From positions 860 to 64,859 of the forward strand of contig JBDHDH010000011.1 in NCBI GenBank assembly GCA_039591615.1: a stretch of DNA of 64,000 bases, written 5' to 3'. This DNA comes from Gemmatimonadota bacterium (GTDB lineage Bacteria > Gemmatimonadota > Gemmatimonadetes > Gemmatimonadales > GWC2-71-9). The translations under genes were made by a program, and so were the position numbers. Of the stretch, positions 57,801-64,000 are shown one piece after another. Every line of letters begins with the position of its first letter. Within the stretch, counting starts at the first letter, position 1. Under the pieces are notes generated by a model that saw only the letters and a program-made list of their open reading frames with translations, was not told the origin of the DNA and searched no databases.

Positions 57801-58081
57801 TCGGCCGAGCCTATGAGGCCGCTGGACAGCTGGATTCGGCCGTGGCGGTGTACGAACGCTACCTCAGCACGCCGTGGCTCTTTCGAGCCAATCAGGACAA
57901 TGTGAATCTCGTGCCGGTGCTCCGGCGCGTCGCCGCGGTGCACGAGCAACTCGGGAATCGTGACAAGACCATCGAGAATCTCAATCGAATAATAGAACTC
58001 TGGAAGGGCGCCGATCCTGAGCTCCAGCCGATCGTCGAGGAGGCGAGGACGAGGATTGCGGAGTTGTTGGGCGAGGGTTGA
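54854..58081 (+). CDS. Hanks-type Ser/Thr kinase with TM region and long extracytoplasmic/TPR C-terminal region
   Basis: GIGGMATVY, AIKVL, HRDIKPDN, DFG and APEQ motifs. Two TM helices precede about 600 aa containing TPR-like repeats. Confidence 0.9.
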   Translation: MLALAAPSPTFYPTVAPLVPAIPGSLEDARVFDHLEQLKAALADRYVIERELGIGGMATVYCAQDVRHDRKVAIKVLRPELAASVGSERFLREIRIAAKLTHPHILPLHDSGQVNGLLYYVMPYVEGESLRDRVEREGELPVSDAATLLREVADALAYAHKQGIVHRDIKPDNVMLTEGHALVTDFGVAKAVTEAAAGQQVTSFGVAVGTPAYMAPEQAAADANIDHRADIYSLGIMAYELLAGRPPFKGKTTQTVMMAHVTEQPEPVTHRRPAVPDGLADMVMRCLEKNPSDRWQSAADLRAHLDAYASLGNVTPAGTASTERMLRRNHPARVVALFTLAAVAVLAMVYALMIQLGLPGWMFGVALILAVAGLPIALLTGRAERRRARYGTGSTATAAVDQGITGWLTWGRAMAGGGAALGALGVAVAAYMAMRLLGIGPVGTLVASGVLEKRERIVLAQFANRTTDTTLGETVTELFRIDLAQSPTVTVLEPAQVAQVLARMERDPGSPITPDLAQEVAQRRGLKAVVTGEILPVGTGYVVSSTLVSASIGDVLWAGRESAKNPGELIEAVDRLSAGLRERIGESLRTIRADAPLAEVTTRSTSALEKYAQADRANDQGEYQRAIRLLDEAIAEDSTFAMAHRKLAIILENQNQEPERAREAFTQAYELRHRLTERERYLAEAAYHNYVEDDRQASIDAYRTLLEKYPTDRIALNNLAVDYTSLGRTEEAAELHLRSLALGAAPAVTYGNAVEILYNLGRTDTAKAALRQFAAEYQNHPQVLRYQAAMAASQFDYGTAERFARELKAAQRGAVFEAVATAELASYSLLQGHLSESGRLLKEAYDLQSNLGLGFFDQPWEVFEPLVDAVVRIRLVGDTDGAVATLDRGMATTAYREAAAKDRGYLDYAALYATAGRVDRATALITEYRSSVDAGTQAGDATDMHNALGAIAMAEGRPEDAIREYQAIRDSFPGCALCGLEELGRAYEAAGQLDSAVAVYERYLSTPWLFRANQDNVNLVPVLRRVAAVHEQLGNRDKTIENLNRIIELWKGADPELQPIVEEARTRIAELLGEG

Positions 58082-58153
58082 TGAACCTCAACAACCCTCC
58101 ACGCCCGGTACGGATTCACGAATGAGTTCGGGAACGCTGCGTCGTTGCCCTCC

Positions 58154-58171
58154 GAACCGATTCGTCGGTTC
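58154..58171. terminator. Hairpin between convergent genes (kinase and add)
   Basis: GAACCGA-TTCG-TCGGTTC is a perfect 7-bp stem with no strong U tract. Confidence 0.4.
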
Positions 58172-58178
58172 CTAGTCC

Positions 58179-59267
58179 TCAGCAACCGTCAGCGGGCAGA
58201 TCACCGGGCAAAGCGCGACTACTATCGCGTGCCGAATGCAAGGTACGAGCGCGCAACCGCAGGAACTCGCGCTCGAACTCTTCCGCCATGCGCTGCCGAT
58301 CGGCGGCTGGAAGCAGGCTTGCCCACACGGCATTCAGCACCAGCTCCTCGATACGATCCGCACCGAAGCCGAATGCGGCCGCGACGGCCACATACTCGTT
58401 GCTGAGGCTGGTATTGAACATTGGGGGATCGTCGGAGTTCAACGTGACATAGAGTCCCTCTGCCAGGAGCCTCGGCAACTGGTGCTCTTCGATGCTCGGC
58501 GCCACACCCAGACACACATTGCTCGCAAGGCACACTTCGAGCGGGATCCGTCGGCTCCGTAATTCCGCTACCAGATCGGCATCCTCGAGACACCGCACTC
58601 CATGACCGATCCGCACCGCGTTCAGCGTGCGGAGTGCCCCCCAAATGCTCGGTGCTCCGTCAGTCTCACCCGCGTGCGGCACGCTTGGGAGACCCGCGGC
58701 ATGCGCACGCGCAAAGGCAGCGGCGAACTTCTCGGGGGGATTGCCCACCTCTGGCCCACCGAGACCAAGCGCCACGACACCGTCGCTCATACCCGAGATG
58801 GCCCAATCGGCGATCATCGGACCGTACCGAGCATCGATGTTTCTCGGGATGTCGATCACCAGACCCATGCTGACCCCGAGTTCCTCTTCAGCCCAGATTC
58901 GCGAGCGGTTCAGTGCCGCGAGCTGCTCATCGAACGGCAACCCTTTCTGCACGTAATGTGTGAACGCCGTGTACGTGACTTCGCTGTACCGAACGTTCTG
59001 CGAGGCTTGGCCTGCGAGAAACTCGCGGGCGATCAACTCGACATCTTCGCCGGTGCGCACGCACTCCGACAGCTTCAGATAGACCTCGACGAAGTGGTCG
59101 AAGCCCGTGAACCGGTACCATTCCCTGATCCCCTCGATGGAATCGGCCGGAAGCGGCACCCGGTGGCGCCGGGCGAGTTCGAGGAGGGTCTTGGGCTGGA
59201 TCGAGCCCTCCAGATGCACGTGGAGCTCGACCTTTGGGATTGCCGCGATGTGGTCCGCAAGGGGCAT
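58179..59267 (-). CDS. add: Adenosine deaminase
   Basis: ELHVHLEGS, HAGE and NSDDPPMF motifs. Confidence 0.9.
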   Translation of the reverse strand: MPLADHIAAIPKVELHVHLEGSIQPKTLLELARRHRVPLPADSIEGIREWYRFTGFDHFVEVYLKLSECVRTGEDVELIAREFLAGQASQNVRYSEVTYTAFTHYVQKGLPFDEQLAALNRSRIWAEEELGVSMGLVIDIPRNIDARYGPMIADWAISGMSDGVVALGLGGPEVGNPPEKFAAAFARAHAAGLPSVPHAGETDGAPSIWGALRTLNAVRIGHGVRCLEDADLVAELRSRRIPLEVCLASNVCLGVAPSIEEHQLPRLLAEGLYVTLNSDDPPMFNTSLSNEYVAVAAAFGFGADRIEELVLNAVWASLLPAADRQRMAEEFEREFLRLRARTLHSARDSSRALPGDLPADGC

Positions 59268-59410
59268 GGGCGCAAGATAGTCGCGGTCGGCTAGGGTGGT
59301 GAGTTGCGCAGCGCGGTCGCAGTGGGAACGGTCCGTTCTCGAGAGAATGACCTGTCCTCAACCACTCCCTCCTCCCCACTCTCCGCTCCCCACCGACGTA
59401 TCTTTCCCCG

Positions 59411-60136
59411 ATGCCGGGCCTCGACTTCCTCACAGCAGTCCAGAGCCTCTCGGAGTCGTTGAACCACCGCCCTCTGGTGGCCATGGTCAGTCTGTTCGGC
59501 GCCGGTCTGGTCACCAGCCTCACGCCGTGCGTCTACCCCATGATCCCTATCACGGCAGGCATCCTAGCGGGGAGCGCCGGAGCGAACGCCTCTCGCCTGC
59601 GAACGCTGGGGCTCACGCTGACGTACGTGTTGGGCCTTGCTCTCCTCTACGCGACGCTCGGGCTCATCGCCGGGCTGAGCGGTTCACTCTTCGGCACCGT
59701 CTCCGCCAACCCGTGGGCGCGGTTCGCCATCGGCAACCTGCTCCTCGTTTTCGGCCTTGCCATGTTGGACGTGTTTCCCGTCTCCGCGCCCCGGCGGCTG
59801 GTCGCTTGGGCCGCAAACCTCGGCGGAGGCTCATATCCGGCGGTGTTCCTGTTGGGAGCCACGTCGGGCATCGTCGCCGCGCCCTGCGGGGCGCCAGCGT
59901 TCGCCGCCGTGCTCACCTGGGTGGGCACCACCGGGAGCACCACGCTCGGCTTTACCTACCTCTTCGTGTTCTCGCTGGGGATGATGGCCTTGCTGGTGGC
60001 GGTGGGACTCTCGTCGGGCCTGCTGGCGGCCCTCCCCAAGTCCGGTCCCTGGATGACGTGGATCAAGAAGGTGGCCGGGATCGCACTGCTGGCGATGGCT
60101 GAATACTATTTCATACAGATGGGGATGGTGCTATGA
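59411..60136 (+). CDS. ccdA: Cytochrome c biogenesis/thiol-disulfide transporter CcdA (DsbD-family core)
   Basis: Six-TM protein with the two conserved Cys contexts LTPCVYPMIP and APCGAP. Confidence 0.85.
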   Translation: MPGLDFLTAVQSLSESLNHRPLVAMVSLFGAGLVTSLTPCVYPMIPITAGILAGSAGANASRLRTLGLTLTYVLGLALLYATLGLIAGLSGSLFGTVSANPWARFAIGNLLLVFGLAMLDVFPVSAPRRLVAWAANLGGGSYPAVFLLGATSGIVAAPCGAPAFAAVLTWVGTTGSTTLGFTYLFVFSLGMMALLVAVGLSSGLLAALPKSGPWMTWIKKVAGIALLAMAEYYFIQMGMVL

Positions 60137-60669
60137 CGCGTCTCCGCGTTTCGATTGTGTCGGTCGTGGTCACGACCCTCTTGGCCTCGTCCCCCCTCCC
60201 CTCTGCGGCTCAGATGGACGAGGTCGGCCTCCCCTTGGGATCGGCGCCGGACGCCGTCATCATCGAGGATCTCGACGGCAATCCGGTCGACCTGGGCCGG
60301 TGGGTGGGAAAAGCCCTCCTGTTACTGGAGTTCTGGGCCAGGTGGTGCGAGCAATGTGAGGCGCTCGAGCCTCGCATGCGGATCGCACACGAGCGTTACG
60401 GTGATCGGGTCGAGTTCCTGGCCGTGGGCGTGGGGGTCAACCAGAACCCGCGTTCGATCCGCCGCCATCTCACGAGGCACCCCATGCCGTTTCCGGTACT
60501 CTGGGATGGCGAGGGCAAAGCGACACGGGCGTTCAGGGCACCCACCACCTCGTACGTGGTGATTCTCGATGTGAACGGGAAGGTCGCGTACACCGGGGTC
60601 GGACCCGACCAGGATATCGAGGCGGCCGTGAGACGTGTGCTCGATGACCCTGCGACGGAGGAGCGATAA
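60133..60669 (+). CDS. Exported TlpA/ResA-like thioredoxin-fold thiol:disulfide oxidoreductase
   Basis: Its start overlaps the ccdA stop (ATGA). It has a signal peptide and the motif FWARWCEQC (CxxC). Confidence 0.8.
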   Translation: MTRLRVSIVSVVVTTLLASSPLPSAAQMDEVGLPLGSAPDAVIIEDLDGNPVDLGRWVGKALLLLEFWARWCEQCEALEPRMRIAHERYGDRVEFLAVGVGVNQNPRSIRRHLTRHPMPFPVLWDGEGKATRAFRAPTTSYVVILDVNGKVAYTGVGPDQDIEAAVRRVLDDPATEER

Positions 60670-60752
60670 CCGACCGATTAGAGCGGCTCGGTTCCGTGAA
60701 TTGAAGAGAGGCCCGACTTCCGGGCCCCTCTGACGTTCCGGCACGGGACGGT

Positions 60753-61355
60753 TCAGTCTGCCGGTTCCTCTTCGTCCTCCGCCCGCTGCGCGATTCGGTC
60801 CAGAGCCTCGCCCAACTCCACGTACGCCTGCGGATCGACCTCACGGAACGGAGCAGCCACCCAAGCGATCCGCCCCTCGTTGTCGACAACAAAGAGTGTT
60901 CGGTTATCGATCAGCCCCTGTTCCCCCCGATCCCTGAACGCCCCGTACAGCTGACCAACTTCCGACCCCTCATCACTGGCAAACAAGAACGGGAACTCGT
61001 CGTCCCGCGCCCACGAAGACAGCTCCTCTGGGGTATCGGTGCTGATGCCGATGAGGACGATGTCGCGTCCACCGCGAAAGAGCGTTGCGTACTGATCACG
61101 GTACGCATGCATTTGGATCGTTCAGCCGCGTGTCCTTGCCCGGAAAAAGAATGCGAGGACAACCGTCTTGCCGCGAAAGTCACTGAGCTTCACGGGGTCC
61201 CGGAGGACGCCGTAGCGAGTGGCCCCCGGGACCGCAAAGTCCGGCGCCAGAGTGCCCACTTCGAGCGGTGTGGCTGTTGTCTGGGCAAGGAGAGTCGATG
61301 GCACGATGGCCAGCACCGCCACACCCATCAGCAGACTACCTATGCCGAGTCGCAT
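60753..61355 (-). CDS. Exported peroxiredoxin (AhpC/TSA-redoxin fold) with in-frame UGA at the peroxidatic-Cys position: candidate selenoprotein, or a nonsense pseudogene
   Basis: Track ORFs 61122-61355 and 60753-61112 share one frame. The joined sequence reads ...KTVVLAFFFRARTRG-[TGA 61124-61122]-TIQMHAYRDQY...DNRTLFVVDNEGRIAWV. The N-terminus is a signal peptide. Confidence 0.6.
61086..61107 (-). other. Candidate bacterial SECIS-like hairpin 14 nt downstream of the in-frame UGA
   Basis: mRNA UGCGUAC-CGUGAUCA-GUACGCA forms a perfect 7-bp stem with an 8-nt loop containing GU. Confidence 0.35.
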
Positions 61356-61516
61356 GCGAAGTGCTCCAGAGGTCTGAAGGAAGAGTTGTCACAATATAGA
61401 TGGAGAGTGCTCCAGCGGTCAGCAGCTCCGGCTTGGGGAACTTTGCAGCTCAGTCCAATTACCACTGGACGACAACTGGCGCGCAACCAGCACCCCGCGC
61501 ATCTTCACGGGGCCCT

Positions 61517-61837
61517 TTAGCCCATGCCCAGGAAACCTCCACCCTTCTTGGTCGATCGGACCAACTCCAGCTGGATGAAGTGCGGTTCCTCCTCGCAGTT
61601 CGAGTACAGGAGCTCGACGAATCTCCTGGTGTGCGCAGCGGACCGGTGACGCTTCGCGGCCTGTTCATCGGGAAACGCCATCGCATGAAAGAACGAACGA
61701 CCATCTGCGGCGACGAACGCCCCATAGATGGTGTTCGGTTCGTTCGCCCGAATGTCGTCGACGAACTGGGTCACCACCTGCTGCACTTGGTCTACGGCGT
61801 CGGCCTTGACGCGGTATTGAACGAGCAGTCGGATCAT
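61517..61837 (-). CDS. ABM (antibiotic biosynthesis monooxygenase-like, dimeric alpha-beta barrel) domain protein
   Basis: GGAGG RBS. MIRLLVQYRVKADAVDQV...FFHAMAFPDEQAAKRH is typical of the ABM fold. Confidence 0.55.
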   Translation of the reverse strand: MIRLLVQYRVKADAVDQVQQVVTQFVDDIRANEPNTIYGAFVAADGRSFFHAMAFPDEQAAKRHRSAAHTRRFVELLYSNCEEEPHFIQLELVRSTKKGGGFLGMG

Positions 61838-62141
61838 CGGTCGCCTCCAAGAATGGCTCAGACCTCCTCGTCGCCGGGTCCCCACGGCCGGCTTCATATG
61901 ACCAACCTGGCCGCGGTCAGCCCAAGACCGACGTGGGTGTCGAGCCTCACCACGGGGCGGAAAGTGGACGTGCCGCCAAACGCAAGCTACGGTGGCGCGG
62001 GACGATGGCAACGGCTTCTCGCCCGTCCAGCGAAGTCACCTTACTTTACGCAGGCATGCCTCGGGCGCCACCAGCCAAGCCGCGCCGGGCGCATGCCACT
62101 AGCCCTGCTCGGGTTTTGTCGGATCGGGTTGGAGGAACCTC

Positions 62142-62870
62142 ATGGTTTACGACGAAGGGTGTTATGGAGAGGTCACCTTGGGATCGCTTCCCGGCGACGT
62201 ACAACAACGGCTCTTGGCTCTGCCAGGCGAATGGCTCGAGTACGACGGCACCAGCGGCCGCATTGTTGTGCGACACACAGAGCCCACATCGCCGAACCTC
62301 CCCACCATCGTCTTCGAGCTGGTCCAAATGCTGTCAACGATTCCGGCGGGTCTGCAGTCAGTCATCGCCGGCGGTGACTTTTTCGTGCACGTGGAGCACA
62401 CGGGCGAATTCGTTCGCCTCCATGTTGAGTCAGGTGGTGGATTGCACATCAACTGGGCCCATCCCAGCTTCACCCGTGCCAAGAAGCGCGCGTACTCCGG
62501 TGGGCAGGTGACCCCCATCGAACCCTACGTGCAGCGGTTGAACGGCCGCGTGACGCTGGCCGTGCACGATCCAGCTTCCGCGGCTCGCGAGCTCCAGGCC
62601 CTGGCCGACACGTTCGAAGGCCTCTATCCGGAAGGCGAATACCGGACCACTGCGGACGAATCGGCCGGCACGGTGAGGGTCGAGATGCAGGATGTGAACC
62701 TCGATAGTCAGGTTCTGGTAGACCGGCTGGAGCGATTGGCCAAGCCTCGGAGCCTCAGTGGAAGTGTGGTGGTGAGTGCGTTCGGCGAGCCGCAACCGGA
62801 ACACGGCATTCGCTTTCTGTTCGAGAACGGCGAGATCTGGTTGCAGCGACCCCTGATGTGGCAGGAATAG
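62142..62870 (+). CDS. Hypothetical protein
   Basis: GGAGGA RBS 6 nt upstream. A 242-aa ORF with coding-like composition and no family that I recognise. Confidence 0.55.
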   Translation: MVYDEGCYGEVTLGSLPGDVQQRLLALPGEWLEYDGTSGRIVVRHTEPTSPNLPTIVFELVQMLSTIPAGLQSVIAGGDFFVHVEHTGEFVRLHVESGGGLHINWAHPSFTRAKKRAYSGGQVTPIEPYVQRLNGRVTLAVHDPASAARELQALADTFEGLYPEGEYRTTADESAGTVRVEMQDVNLDSQVLVDRLERLAKPRSLSGSVVVSAFGEPQPEHGIRFLFENGEIWLQRPLMWQE

Positions 62871-62921
62871 TGGCTCTTCGGCGACCCGTCGTCGACCGGC
62901 CCGAGCTAGAGGAGCATTGAG

Positions 62922-64000
62922 GTGCTGAACCATTTTCTCACCGAGGAGCAAGAGACGATTCGCGATCTCGCACGGACGATCGCCCACAACGAGATCCGCC
63001 CAGTGGCCGCGCAGTACGACATCAGCGGGGACTTTCCCTGGCCCGTTGTAGAGAAGCTGGCCGCCGCCGATCTCTTTCGCGTATTCGTCGACGACGAATA
63101 CGACGGCATCGCAGGCAACAGCCGAACACTGAACATGGTCCTCGTCACCGAGGAGCTCTCCAAGGCCTGCGGGGGGATCGCCCTCAGTTTCGCGGGCACT
63201 GCGCTTGGTGCCATCCCCATCATCCTGAGCGGGAACAAGGAGCAGAAGCAGCGGTTCCTCCCGGATATCGCTGCCGGCAAACGACTTGCGGCCTTCGCTC
63301 TCACCGAGCCCCAGGCAGGATCCGACGCGGCCGGAATCCGCACGACCGCGCGGCGGGACGGACGTTACTATGTGCTGAACGGAACCAAGCAATGGGTGAC
63401 CAACGGCGGCGAAGCAGAGGTCTACACCGTCATTCTGTTGACGAATCCCGCGAAGGGCCCCAGGGGAGCCAGCGCCATCATTGTCGAGAGTGGCACACCC
63501 GGATTCGGATTCGGAAAGAAGGAAGACAAGATGGGGATCCGAGCCTCGGCGACGCGCGAGTTGGTGTTCGAGGACTGTCAGGTCCCGGTCGAGAACCTCA
63601 TTGGCAAGGAGGGCACGGGATTCATTACCGCCATGCGCACGTTCGATGCGTCCCGTCCAGGCGTCGGCGCGCAGGCCCTCGGTATCGCCCAGGGCGCGCT
63701 GGATCTGGCGATCGACTACGCCTGTTCACGCCGGCAGTTCGGCTCGCCCGTCTCCGCGTTTCAGGGACTGCGGTTCCTCCTCGCCGACATGGCGATGAAG
63801 GTCGAGGCAGCCCGCACGCTCATCTACGCGACGGCACGGCACATTGACGCGAATCCGAAAGAGCGCCCCACCATGTACTCGGCCATGGCGAAGTGCTTTC
63901 CCGCCGATGTGGCGATGCAGGTGACCACCGACGCAGTTCAGGTCTTTGGTGGCTACGGCTACATGCGAGACTATCCAATCGAGAAGTACATGCGGGACGC
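62922..64000 (+). CDS. Acyl-CoA dehydrogenase (3' end beyond the window)
   Basis: My own translation from GTG 62922 (GAGGAG 7 nt upstream) reads LTEEQETIRDLAR...FALTEPQAGSDAAG...QWVTNGG...GYGYMRDYPIEKYMRDA. It is absent from the ORF track because the window contains no stop. Confidence 0.85.
   Translation, partial: MLNHFLTEEQETIRDLARTIAHNEIRPVAAQYDISGDFPWPVVEKLAAADLFRVFVDDEYDGIAGNSRTLNMVLVTEELSKACGGIALSFAGTALGAIPIILSGNKEQKQRFLPDIAAGKRLAAFALTEPQAGSDAAGIRTTARRDGRYYVLNGTKQWVTNGGEAEVYTVILLTNPAKGPRGASAIIVESGTPGFGFGKKEDKMGIRASATRELVFEDCQVPVENLIGKEGTGFITAMRTFDASRPGVGAQALGIAQGALDLAIDYACSRRQFGSPVSAFQGLRFLLADMAMKVEAARTLIYATARHIDANPKERPTMYSAMAKCFPADVAMQVTTDAVQVFGGYGYMRDYPIEKYMRD

Noticed and set aside
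62430-63392. 320-aa minus-strand ORF
   Set aside because: It is antisense to the acyl-CoA dehydrogenase and to the hypothetical gene at 62142-62870. The plus-strand translation gives unmistakable ACAD motifs.
1-64000. Genome-wide UGA reassignment (UGA read as Trp, or another sense codon) as an explanation for the two in-frame TGAs
   Set aside because: Many intact, motif-complete genes in the window terminate at TGA (for example 285-1310). The two interrupted positions would also need different amino acids: Trp or a hydrophobic residue in one, Cys or Sec in the other.
1-64000. CRISPR arrays, IS elements, integrases, phage or defence-system genes
   Set aside because: I saw no short direct-repeat arrays, transposase or integrase motifs, or nuclease/ATPase defence signatures. 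The only repeats are the two diverged gene duplications described above.

Overview
This is a GC-rich bacterial chromosomal segment with about 50 protein-coding genes. I found no rRNA, tRNA, CRISPR array, IS element or phage gene. All functional calls come from reading the supplied translations and recalling family motifs; nothing was searched.

Gene content hints at a Gemmatimonadota- or Acidobacteriota-like organism (inference only). The evidence is an orphan ADOP/FtsX-type permease, two Hanks kinases (one with a long TPR tail), and many small secreted proteins: DinB, NTF2-like, DUF2911 and cupin. Most of the window is ordinary housekeeping and envelope genes: amidohydrolases, an S8 protease, an M28 peptidase, a DAACS symporter, a GT39 glycosyltransferase, adenosine deaminase and an acyl-CoA dehydrogenase.

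The observations most worth a second look are:
1. An exported peroxiredoxin has an in-frame UGA exactly at the peroxidatic-Cys position, followed by a hairpin. It is a candidate selenoprotein and sits next to a ccdA/TlpA-like pair.
2. A csp-rpsU(-infA) module is duplicated, and both copies carry a conserved structured leader.
3. A diverged 1.5-kb direct duplication carries an orphan TPR gene. Each copy has a perfect TGTGA-N6-TCACA palindrome at the same upstream position.
4. A same-strand cluster holds two radical-SAM enzymes, a kinase/M23/aminotransferase tri-domain giant, an MDR reductase and a tiny membrane protein.
5. An 886-aa protein is predicted to be coiled coil along its whole length.
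6. Disrupted genes are unusually dense: a rhodanese, CoA-transferase remnants, a CPBP protease with an in-frame TGA, and frameshifted Big_2 and SRPBCC-like genes. This means either genome decay or assembly indels.
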